Source: the human T2T-CHM13v2.0 reference genome, Homo sapiens. Taken from it: a stretch of 64,000 bases of DNA. The stretch lies in the NCBI RefSeq assembly GCF_009914755.1, contig NC_060947.1, one strand, 5' to 3'. The notes beneath the pieces are model-generated. The model was not told where the DNA came from and did no database searches. It saw only the letters and a list, made by a program, of their open reading frames with translations. The position numbers were made by a program, and so were the translations under genes. Shown one piece after another: positions 14,379 through 25,214 of this stretch. Each line of letters starts with the position of its first letter. Within the stretch, counting starts at the first letter, position 1.

Positions 14379-14928
14379 TGTATTAGTTCATATTGATGCA
14401 AACTTAGTGGCTTGAAATAACACAAATTTATTATCTTATACTTAAGGAGGTCAGAAATCTCAAACGGATCAGCAGGGCTGTGTTCTTTCTTAGGGTCTAG
14501 GGGACAATCCATTTCTTTGCCTTTTCCAAATGCTAAAGAGTACCTACATTCCTTGGCCCATGGCCCCTTCCTCTGTATTCAAAGCCAATAGCATCTTCAA
14601 ATTATTCTCTCTCACTCTTTCCCTTTTTCCTGTTTCTTTTCTTCTTTCTCCTCTCTCCCTTTCTCCTCTCTCTTTCTCTCACATATACACATGTCTCTGC
14701 TTCTATCACCCTATCTCCTACTCTGACTCTGAGCCTCCTGCCTTCACCTTATAAGGATTATTGTGATTACATGTGGCCCATCTGGATAATCCAAGACACT
14801 CTCCTTATCTCAAGATTGTTAACATTAAACACATCTGCAATGTCGTTTTTACCACATAAGCATACATATTCAAAAGTTATGGGGATTAGGACATGGACAT
14901 CTTTGGGAGGCCATTATTCTGTGTACCA
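14379..14928 (-). mobile_element. MLT1 LTR (MLT1D-like)
   Basis: aaacttagtggcttgaaataacacaaatttattatc...ggataatccaagac...ggattaggacatggacatctttgggagg. Confidence 0.85.
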
Positions 14929-15242
14929 TGTTATCTATGTGCCTGAATGTGGGGGTATGGTCTAGATGACCTAAATTTAATAGTTATGTAGTTAAAAAAT
15001 ATTCTGTTCCCCTAAAGTAAAGAAAGTTGTAAAGTGTTTATATATTTATTTTAGGTCAAAAATTTTAAAGTAAAATATTATGATAATAATTAAGTGAGTT
15101 AGTGATAATTATGTCCTTATGTGTTGGTAAGAATAGTCTTACTAAAAATGTCTAAGTTAGAAATTCCAAAAAAATCTTACAAAGTCATTCTGTTATTGAT
15201 TTTCTTATTCAGTTGTTTGAACCATGCTCCACATATCATCCA

Positions 15243-15550
15243 TTTTCTTTTTTTTCTTTTTTTTCTTTTTTTTTGAGACAGAGTCTCACTCTGTTGCCCA
15301 GCTGGAGTGCGGTGGCGCAATCTCAGCTCACTGCAAGCTCCGCCTCCCAGGGTTAAGGATTCTCCTACCTCAGCCTCCTGAGTAGCTGGGATTACAGACG
15401 TGCAACACCATGTCCGGCTAATTTTTTACTTTTAGTAGAGACGGGGTTTCACCACGCTGGCCAGGCTGGTCTCAAACTCATGACCTCATGATCTGCCCGC
15501 CTTGGCCTCCCAAAGTGCCTGGATTACAGGCGTGAGCCACTGTGCCCAGC
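15243..15550 (-). mobile_element. AluS
   Basis: polyT + reverse Alu dimer. Confidence 0.95.
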
Positions 15551-15983
15551 AACATCACTCATTTTCTATATACTATGCCCCAAGTTAGTACAACATTGAC
15601 AAATGTTTGAACAATAATCATTTGTTTCAATACATATAGATTTAAAATATAATGATACTGCTTCTATTAGGTTGGATATTCCTTGAATAATAAATATTTT
15701 TTCTGTCAGTGTTGTTTCTAACTATGCAAATGATATGCTTTTGATGTTTAACTGGTCCTGTACGTTTTATTTGTTCACCATATGGTTTTTTAGATAACTG
15801 TAGTCTAATTGGTTTGAATCAAGCAACTGACACAAATATGCAGATATAGTCAGAATACAAAATATTTGTATCATAGTTCCCTTCTGCACTATTGTTGAAA
15901 TATGAATGCTTAAAAATAGTTCCATAGAGCTAGTCTATTTGAATAGTTTGTAATTACGTTCATTATCAATTGTCTACATTCAG

Positions 15984-16184
15984 GAGTATGATGCTAACAA
16001 GGAAAAATGACTGACCAAATGCATTTATTTAATGTAGTACCAACTCTAGAAGAACACTATGCTTGTGATTATTTGCATTCAGTTAGCACAAAATCAGCAT
16101 ATTTCTCAGTAAAACTGCTGTTAAGAATATACTGTTGTATGACAAAATTCAATGCTTTTAGGCTAATGTTAGATTACTTACTTG
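15984..16184 (+). pseudogene. Pseudo-exon with a probable frameshift in the A run ~16003-16007: SMMLTRK/MTDQMHLFNVVPTLEEHYACDYLHSVSTKSAYFSVKLLLRIYCCMTKFNAFRLMLDYLL
   Basis: tctacattcag acceptor, TTG|gtaaag donor; ORF 16007-16204 is open across the exon body. Confidence 0.5.
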
Positions 16185-16249
16185 GTAAAGTTGTTATTTT
16201 TTAAAGGAATATTTTTATAGAAAAAATTGTCTTTCTTTCCTTTATGCAG

Positions 16250-16387
16250 CTTCTTACCATTTGGTTTTTACAGAAAGCCAAGTGGAGTTTCTTTGATAAA
16301 GATCTCTAGCTGGTTACATCCCTCTGTTATTTGCCATCATCCTTTTTTCCTTCTGACCTTCCACAAGCTGTTCCTATTAAATATGAG
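16250..16387 (+). pseudogene. Pseudo-exon, 138 nt, frame ambiguous
   Basis: Very strong acceptor tctttctttcctttatgcag; GAG|gtggac donor; preceding intron only 65 nt. Confidence 0.4.
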
Positions 16388-17045
16388 GTGGACCATGTCA
16401 TCAGTGAGCATATTTTCATTTCAATGATTGCCAGGATAGCTTTCTGCTGTTCCTTTCTATTAGCTCAAAAGTATTGATGAGTCTATACTATCCTCCACTT
16501 AGCATTTAGTTTCAAACAGTTACCAAAGCCTTTCATAAAAGCCGAGTCACCCCTAATTATTCCCTACTCTATGTATCAACGTTTCCCTTCTCACTGTGGA
16601 CCCTACCTATCATGATTATCTATCTTTATACTAATCCCAAAGTCATTTTTTTCCATGAATATAAATTATAAACCTCCACAAGACCGAATATTTGAAGAAG
16701 ATGAAGTACATTTTCTAATTCATCTATCTCCCCATAGTACGTAGCATTAGGCTTTACATAAAATAACTCAACAAATGCTGATGACTGTCAGCCCATGTAT
16801 AATCACAGCATATTGTGAAATAATGCATTCTCTAGGCCAATTTTCTCTAGCATATACTTAGCCTCTTAGTTTTAGGAGGGTAAATATAAATTACTCAGGT
16901 CACTGAGATGCTTCTGAAAAAGCATCCTTTATAGTCAGTTAATTATCACCTTAATAATAGTTTGCAATTATTAGACTGTGTCCAGAATTTAAAAATGACA
17001 AATTAGAACATATGAAGTCTTGTTGCGCTGATTTTCCCCCTTCAG

Positions 17046-17168
17046 GTTGATCAGCTTATAAAGCTAACTATAAATTAGGTACTTTTCTCTTTGAAAGAAG
17101 CCTATGTCCAAGGAGAGTTCAGTGGATCTGTGCCTAATTTGAAACTGATCCAACAATAAAACACAAAG
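17046..17168 (+). pseudogene. Pseudo-exon: VDQLIKLTIN*VLFSLKEAYVQGEFSGSVPNLKLIQQ*NTK
   Basis: Strong acceptor gattttcccccttcag; putative donor mutated (AAG|ataagc). Confidence 0.35.
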
Positions 17169-18483
17169 ATAAGCAGAGACTGAAAACAATTCAACCAAAT
17201 ACATTGCTTTGTGTTAATCACTTTCCATTTTTAAATAATCCAGGAGGAATAATGGTAACATTACCTTGATATTATTACTTGTATTATATATCAAATATCA
17301 GACAATCTAAAGTACAGAAACTATGCCACTATTAAGCTCTAGTTGCTTTTTTCTTTCTTTTTTGAGGAAAGTAAACTATTCTTTATTTAAGAAGTGATTC
17401 ATCAGCCAGTATTTTTCTTAGCACTCAATCACGTCTAATTTTACTTTCTTATCCAGGCATTTTCCCCTAAGGCTGGTGATTCTTTCAATAACAAGAGTTT
17501 AATGTTCAAGATAAAAAAACAGGGATATTAGTAAAGGCTTCTAAAGAGTGAGATTTATTTTTATCCTTGTACTTGGAATACTGTTATTATGATGATTTGA
17601 CTTTTTCAATAACTTATTTATTCTTTTCACTGAAGTCAGCATTATCCCACCTATTCACTCTCAAATAATTATGTATACATGGAACTGTGGACATGCACAT
17701 TTTAGTATATGTTTGGGATAATTGCTGTGTTTGAATTGGTTGAGAATCAGACCACTAAGATCTGAATTAACGCTATTTGACATAGAAACCAGATGGAGGA
17801 ATGGGCAAAGGTTATGTGTAATGACCCCACTATATAGGAGACAAATTATCTTTTGCCAAGATGTACTCTCAGTTCTCACTAGGGAATCTTATTCACTTCT
17901 GTATCTTCATGTGCCATCTGAGCCCTGTCCATCTGTGATTTACCTTCAGGCCAAAAATCACTTGTGTTTTTGATCCTAATGAAAAATAACACTCAAAACA
18001 TATAGATTATTGCTTCCTCTAGCCCATATTTTCATACTAAGTCTATTTTGTGTCAGTAGTCTACTCTGTAGCACTTTGAATTAGAAAAGAATAAAGAATC
18101 CATCCAAACATTTCCCGACCAAGAAGAAACCATTGCCTTCATGGCAGATAATATTTAGCATTACATGACTTGCAGTGACACTGAGGTATATCATGCATGA
18201 TCCCTACTTGCTCACAAACATGGCACATAAAGGCATCCATATGGACCATGACTAATTGGCATGAATTCTAAACTGTTGTGTGTAGCCAACTGAAAAGGAA
18301 AACAATAGACAGTGAAAACGATTATGAAAGTTAAAAGTCCCATTATAAATGCAATACTGGTATTGTATTTACTGATGTACCGATCAAATATAACTATTTG
18401 TAAGACATAAGATACTTAACATCCAGTAGGTATTCGGTACTTATAGAAAGTTTCTGCTTCTACAATTAACCAGATTTATGGTG

Positions 18484-18512
18484 CATTATTATTATTATTA
18501 TTATTATTACTA
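18484..18512. repeat. (TTA)n microsatellite
   Basis: Direct read. Confidence 0.9.
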
Positions 18513-18526
18513 TTGTTATATTTTAG

Positions 18527-18767
18527 TGCCATATATTGGTTCATCACAAAGCATTGGTCAAATCCTGGGCAGGGAACTGGTTTACTCATGTTACCCTAGT
18601 GAGCACTATTTTATGCGCATCCCTTTTGAAGCCATGTTATCAAAGAGGACAGCTTTCCCACATGATGAAGGAATATTCCTTAATAAATAGTATACAAATA
18701 GCTATACTCTCCAACTAGAGTCACATTTAGTAAACATTACTAGAGTTCTTCAAACGAAACTTACTAG
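18527..18767 (+). pseudogene. Pseudo-exon, 241 nt; two frames largely open; phase-0 frame ends TLLEFFKRNLL
   Basis: tgttatattttag acceptor, TAG|gtaatc donor. Confidence 0.45.
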
Positions 18768-18819
18768 GTAATCTCAGTTCCTTACAGAGGGTTGATCACA
18801 TCCCAAGTGAAGTGTAGTC

Positions 18820-19515
18820 ATCAGGTAATCCTACCACTTTTCACCACCTCTATTCTTACGGCTTGATTCCAAAAAAGTCATCTCTTCTCACCTAGATTAT
18901 CACAATAGTCTCCTAACTCATTTCAGAAACTTTTTCAATAGTCTCTTTCAGTCTATTATCAATATAACAACCTGCATCATTACCCTGCTCAAAATTTTGT
19001 AATAGCTTCTGCTCTTACTCAGAATATAATACAAATCCATACATTGTCCATGAAGGCCCAACTTAACTTACTGCTCCCTCATTTTCTTACTGACTTTAAC
19101 TGCTACTCTACCTCTCATTCACCTTGCCACAGACATACTGCCCGCTTGTTATTCCTGGAAATTACTGTAATTTTGCCTCAATTTTTGTGCACTGTTTCCT
19201 TTGCATGAAATGTTCCTCCCTTAAATGTATACAAGACTCCATACCTCACTTCTTTCAAGTCTTTACTCAAATTTCAGTTTTTCAGAAAGGCTGTTCATGG
19301 CCAACCTAACTAAAATGCAACTACTCATTCATATCCCATTTTTCCACTTTTTTCTGATCACTTATTGTGTATTATACTATATATACTTACTAATTTTTAT
19401 CTTTCACTTTCTACATCTTCCATTGCAATTTAAGATTCACAAGTACAATTCTTATATATTTTATTTATAACTAACTCCCTAGTTAGTGCCTAGAATATTG
19501 ACTGGTCTGTAAGAG
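18820..19515 (+). mobile_element. L2 fragments
   Basis: tctcacctagattatcacaatagtctcctaact...tagtgcctagaa. Confidence 0.7.
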
Positions 19516-19628
19516 TATAGAAAGACACTAATCCAAGCATGTTTTGGCATGTTTTGTAGGTAAAAATAAAGTAGAAAAAGTTTTAAATGTAAAGTTGAAG
19601 TGATTCTTTATTTTATTTTACCATATAG

Positions 19629-19746
19629 ATTACCTTAAGCCAGCAAAAACGACATACATTCAACCAGCTATTATGCCTGATAATGCTATTGTTCCTTCTT
19701 ACCCATATCGTCATTCACTTATGCCTCTAGTGAAGTATTCCTCAAA
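19629..19746 (+). pseudogene. Pseudo-exon (phase 1->2): YLKPAKTTYIQPAIMPDNAIVPSYPYRHSLMPLVKYSS
   Basis: ttttattttattttaccatatag acceptor, AA|gtaata donor, fully open. Confidence 0.55.
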
Positions 19747-19800
19747 GTAATACAAAACAGAAAATGTGTGTGTTCTCAGCTCATCAATTAAAAACAGTCA

Positions 19801-20090
19801 TGCTTGGTGCAGTGGCTCATGTCTGCAATCTCAACACTTGGGGAGGTTGAGGTGGGAAGGATTCCTTGAGCCCAGGAATTAAAAACCAACCTGGTCAACA
19901 CAGTCAGACACCATCTCTACAAAAATAAAATAATTTTTTAAAAGCCTGGTATGGTGGCATGTACCTATAGTCCCAGCTACTTGGGAGGCTAAGATAGGAA
20001 AATCACTTGAGCCCGGGAGGTGGAGGCTGTGGTGAGCCATGATTGTATGACTGTACTCCAGCCTGGATGACAGAGCCTGTCTCAAATAAA
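19801..20090 (+). mobile_element. AluJ
   Basis: Diverged dimer with ttgagcccaggaatt/ttgagcccgggagg; TSD ~aaaa(c)agtcat. Confidence 0.9.
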
Positions 20091-20661
20091 AGTCATATAA
20101 TAAAACAAACTTGGCTTATTCAAAATAGCCTTATTATGGATGGATAGTAGGGAGGTGGTAGGGAGTGCAAGCCTAGAGAGATCTTTTACTAGGCTGTCAT
20201 CACTGAAAAAATTATGGTAAATGGAAAATCATGGAGAATCATTGATTTAATTCAGTGTTTTATTGTGTTTCAGCCAATGGAAATAGAGAAACAGATTCTT
20301 ATCACAAAGAAAATTTTAATAACTTTATAGTTTTTGAGAATCAAATTACTTATTAGACTAACTACAGTATGATTTGCATATTTTTCCATTTATACTGTTA
20401 GTGGACCAATATTTGTACAAATAAATTGACCCTCCTAAGGTAGAAATTGTTAAAATTTAGAGCTCTGTATTAAAGTTATTGAAAATATTGAAAAGTGGCC
20501 CTGTTGAATTGCCTAGTTAATGTAAAAATGAACATTCTATACAAACAAGAAAAGAAGTCAGATATTGTGCTTTGTTGACTTTCAGAATCAAATTAATCTC
20601 TTAGTAGTGGGGATTTGGTATAACATAAAAGTTTATTCTGCCTTTTGACATGTTGATACAG

Positions 20662-20887
20662 AGGTTTTACTATCAGGTTCCAAGAAATTTGTCAAGCTCC
20701 AGCATATTTGCCCCCCTTTCCTATATCATGCAGAGAGAGAAAAATGGAACTGCTAGCCAAAAAGCATTCATACATTCTCTTAAATTGTTCTACATGGCCA
20801 CTTTTTCAGGAACAGGAAACCTGAAAAAAATAGTGCAGTATAACTGGAAAGTCTTCAGATTTAATGGAAATTTTCTTTGTTCTTATA
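20662..20887 (+). pseudogene. Pseudo-exon (phase 0->1), 75 open codons ending GNLKKIVQYNWKVFRFNGNFLCSY
   Basis: tacag acceptor, A|gtgagt donor; coincides with ORF 20650-20895. Confidence 0.6.
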
Positions 20888-20892
20888 GTGAG

Positions 20893-21240
20893 TGATATGG
20901 TTTGGTTGTGTCCCCACCCATGAGAATCTCACTTTGAATTGTAATAATCTCCACCTGTCAAGGGTGGGGCCAAGTGGAGATAATTCAATCATATGGGCTG
21001 TTTTCCCCATACTGTTTTCATGATAGTGAAAAACAGTCTCATGAGCTCTGATGGTTTTATAAAGGGGAGCTCTCTTGCCTGCCACTATGTAAGACATTCC
21101 TTTGCCTCTCTTTTGCCTTCCACCATAATTGTGAGGCCTCCCTAGCCATGTGGAACTGTGAGTCCATTAAACCTCTTTCCTTTATAAATTGCCCAGTCTC
21201 AGTTATGTCTCTATTAGCAGCCTGAGAACAGACTAATACA
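20893..21240 (+). mobile_element. Solo THE1 LTR (THE1C-like)
   Basis: tgatatggtttgg...gactaataca; TSD gtgag/atgag. Confidence 0.92.
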
Positions 21241-21340
21241 ATGAGTCTGGTTTAAAATTAGGCACATAGACAAATAGCTTTCAGATTGTGAGCTATTCAA
21301 GGACAACTTATAAATCCAATCAATATACATGCCCACAAAG

Positions 21341-21511
21341 GTCAGAATTTAAAACTTCTTGATTTAGGGGTTTGAGTGTGCAATTATTGAAAGTGCAGTG
21401 AACCCCTTGGTGTGGAAATACTTTCTTTTCATTCAGATAGCAAACCATAAGAGATAATAATAGCTTGAAATCAAAGGGGGAATTCCTCAAAGGAAAATGA
21501 TCATGCACTGG
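21341..21511 (+). pseudogene. Pseudo-exon (phase 1->1): QNLKLLDLGV*VCNY*KCSEPLGVEILSFHSDSKP*EIIIA*NQRGNSSKENDHAL
   Basis: Strong donor TGG|gtgagt, weak acceptor; 4 stops; RGS-like core pattern. Confidence 0.5.
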
Positions 21512-21909
21512 GTGAGTTTAATCTCTCTGTGATATGAGTTCACCAGGAATTTGTAGAGCTAGGTGATATGCATTAAGTATTTTAAATAGCTCTAAAGTGT
21601 TTGTTTTGTCTCATCATTTAAATCTAGCTACTTCCAAAGAGGAACAGAGAGAAAATATTCCATTTTAATAATACACATACAGAACACATGTCTTAGGATA
21701 AATATCAGATGAAAGTTTGGAGGCTATAGAAAGAAAAGGGAGAGATAATAATGTGTAGGGTTATGGATAATTTTTACTGTGTAATATGCAGATATAATAT
21801 TTTTAAAGCCATTTCTTTTATTTATCCTGGATAAAAGCACATGTCATAGAAAGGAGTGGTGGCTGTTTGAGGAGCAGGTCGGGTAGATAAAGTAGAGAAG
21901 TCAAATATG

Positions 21910-23020
21910 TTCCCTCATTTCTTGGGCTGCCTTTTCATTACGTTGATTTTTTTCCTTTTCTGTGCAGAATCATTTTAGTTTAATGTAGCCCTACTTGTTT
22001 ATTTTTGCTTTGGTTTCCTATGCTTTTGGTATCTTCCAAAAATTTATTGTCAAGACCAGTGTTCAAGGAGCTTTATCCCTATGTTTTCTTCTAGGAGTTT
22101 TAAGGTTTCAGATCTTACATTTAGGTCTTTAATCAAATTTGAGTTAATTTTTTATATGGTTTAGGAGGAGGGTCTGATTTAATTCTTCTCCACGGGTAGG
22201 TCTCATTTTCTAATACAGTTTATTGAAAAAACCATCCTTTCTCCATTGTGTATTCTTGGCACTCCTATCAAAGATTGGTTGACTATATATGTATGGATTT
22301 ATTTCTGGGGGTTATATTGTGTTCCATTGATCTATGTGTTAGTTTTTATACCAGTGCCACACTGTTTTGATTATTATGGCTTTGTAATATAGTTTGAAAT
22401 AAGGACATGTGATGCCTCCATTTTAGTTTTCCTTTCTAAAGATTGCTTTAGCTATTTGGGGTCCCTTGTGGTTGCATATGAATTTTGGGATTTTTTTTCT
22501 ATTTCTATGGAAAATACCACTGGAATTTTGGTAGGGATTGCACTGAATCTGTAGATCTCTTTGAGTTGTGTGGATATTTTAATAATATTAAGTCTTCCAA
22601 CCTATGAACATGGGGTGTCTTTCCATTTATTTGTATCATCTTCAATTTCTTTCACTAATGTTGTACAGTTTTCAGTGTACAGATCTTTCACACCATTGAT
22701 CAAATTTATTCCTAATTATTCTATTATTTTCATGCTATTGTAAATGGAATTATATTTTTAACAGTTTTCATAGTTCATTGTTAGTGTATAAAAACACAAC
22801 TTACTTTTGTATTGTGATTTTGTATCCTGAAACTTTAGTGAATTAATTTCCTAGTTCTAACAGTTTTAGGTAGAGTCTTTAGGGTTTTCTACATATAAGA
22901 TTATGATATCTGCAACAGAGACAATTTAACTTCTTTCTTTTCTATTTTGGTGCCATTTTTGTTTAATTGCTGTGGCTGGGACTTCTAGTACTATGTTGAA
23001 TAGAAGTAGCAAAAGTGGTT
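21910..23020 (-). mobile_element. L1M ORF2 fragment
   Basis: Reverse L1 ORF2 (ccctatgttttcttctaggagtttt; gggattgcactgaatctgtagat; ctagtactatgttgaatag). Confidence 0.88.
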
Positions 23021-23063
23021 CAGAGATAGATTTTTAACATCTATATGTGATATTTATTCACAG

Positions 23064-23180
23064 GAACAATAGCATATTCATCTCTCCTAAATTCAGACAC
23101 TGGACTTCTTAGTGTTGGCTATAGAAAGATATTATTGTTGACTATATTTAAAATAGAATTTATCAATAAATACCTAAAAT
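23064..23180 (+). pseudogene. Pseudo-exon (phase 1->1): TIAYSSLLNSDTGLLSVGYRKILLLTIFKIEFINKYLK
   Basis: tatttattcacag acceptor, fully open, weak donor AAT|gtatta. Confidence 0.5.
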
Positions 23181-23569
23181 GTATTAACATTTTGTTAATT
23201 GCTATTAAGAGCTGCTGAAATGCCATAACTTATATTGTGTCTAGCTGTTTTCAACGTAATTTTGCTTTAATTATATTTTTTTAATTGTTCAGACAATTGT
23301 GGTAATAGCATGTGTGTAATTTTATTTACTGTATTTTTCACATAACATGCATTCCTTATAGTTTTAAATATTCTATATGAATTAATTTAATAGCTACAAA
23401 ATATTCTGAAATTTATCTTAGCTATTTTCCAGTTGTTAAAAACTTGGATTTTTTCCTCATATTCTTGAATATAATATTTCTGTAATGAAGATATTTACGT
23501 TTAAAGTTTTGTTCCATATTTGGGAATACTTTCTTAGTATAAATACATAGAATTAAAACGAATGGATTT

Positions 23570-24005
23570 GCAACTTCAGGTCTTGTGGAAAGCGTATGCC
23601 AAGAGGGAGTTAGAAATGCAAGAGATTTATTGAGAAAAATACTTGTGAAATCATAGAGGGCACAGAAGTAGGCAGGGAGAGATCCAGATCACAATGTACA
23701 TAAGACACTTGTGAAAGAGAGGAAAAGAAAAGTAATTATTATGAAAGATTCTCAAACTGTCATGAAGCTTGGAGAAAGTCTTCACTAGCCCAAAAGAAAG
23801 GAGCTCTGGTTATTGTACATTAAGTGTCCCATGTTCTGCAGAAATGCCTAAGCTTTGGTAGCCCTACCATGCTCAGTCAGCTGCCAGGGAAGAGCATGGC
23901 TTTGGAGGAAATGTTGCAACAAATAATGAAGGTACTGTATCTAGTGAGTGTCAGCTAATTGCATTCCTCCAGCTGAGCTGCAAGTGATTTCTTGACTCTC
24001 CACAG
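23570..24005 (-). mobile_element. ERVL LTR (LTR16C-like) within old antisense L1ME fragments (~23200-25090)
   Basis: tgcaagagatttattgag...gtaggcagggagag...gacacttgtgaaagagagg. Confidence 0.65.
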
Positions 24006-25214
24006 CTATTCCAGCAAATATGGACATTTTTAACAATAATGTAGTATCAAGTTATTTTCTGAAAGGTCTATAAAAATTTACACTCTACTACCCATGTTCT
24101 GTCACCAGCTTTTACTGCCATTATTGGTAGTAATTATTAGAACTTTGAAAGTTAAAATTGCTATTCAACTGTTACTTTCGTTTGTATTTTTTGATTAGTA
24201 ATGATGTGATTTTTCCCATTGGTTTGTTAACCAGTTATTGTTCCTTTCTGTTAATTTATTCCTAACGGAGACTGAATATTATTATATATTTATATATGGT
24301 ACAAATAGTTTTCTTATTGTTTGCTTTTACTTTTTAATTATTTTAATTCGTTAAAGCTATACCTTTTAATTTTTAGCGATTTTTGCCTGTCACATTAATA
24401 TGTGAAAATACTCCATAGATTTGAAAACCATTTCTTTATCTTTTTTCTATTTATTAAATTCTTATGTCAGAATGCTATATAAGAATTTATATTGATGTGC
24501 TATGACAATGTAAATTTAATGTATCCTAAATTGACAATGTTCTTAATATCAATTACTGAATAAACTTTACTTTCTCTACTGATTTTTTATAATAGCATCA
24601 ATAATTTTAGATTCCCATGAAAATCCATTATCCATATCTTGAAACCACAATGGGTGTCACCGATATTTACACCTATGCAGTATGGCTACGGACAATTGTA
24701 TTTCACTATTTAATTTGTATGGTCCTGCCTGCTAGTGACTCTAAGCATCTTTTCATTTACTTCTTCATTCATTCCAGAAATATTTATTAACTCAGCAAAA
24801 ACGAAATTGACAACGATCCCTTGATTTTTGTATAGAATAGTTATATTTATTAACCAGTTTGTCTCTTATGAATTAATCATTCACATATTTGAAATTGTTC
24901 TCTACTTTTTTTCATTTTTTCCATTTGTTGGATTTTCTTTGTATTCTAGAAACATCGTCCTTTCCACATATAATGCAGGGTTAGTATTTTCTCCCAGCTT
25001 TTGACATAAAAAAGTTTTAAAATTTTAGGTAGGCAAATCTGTTGATCTTTGTTATATTTCATTCTGCCATATTATTTTAATAACATAGGATAATGTATTA
25101 TAATATGACACGATATGACACAAATGATACAATATGATATATGATATGATATTGAACAACAATATAATGAACATCTGTGAATCCTCCTCTCAACTCAAAA
25201 GCTAGAACCCTTTT

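Noticed and set aside
18100-18291. Strong minus-strand acceptor (ttgttttccttttcag)
   Set aside because: All frames stop early and no chain is visible; could be an antisense noncoding exon but unsupported.
20274-20439. Exon-like segment whose length bridges 19746 and 20662
   Set aside because: Good splice sites, but six stops in the required frame, no better than background.
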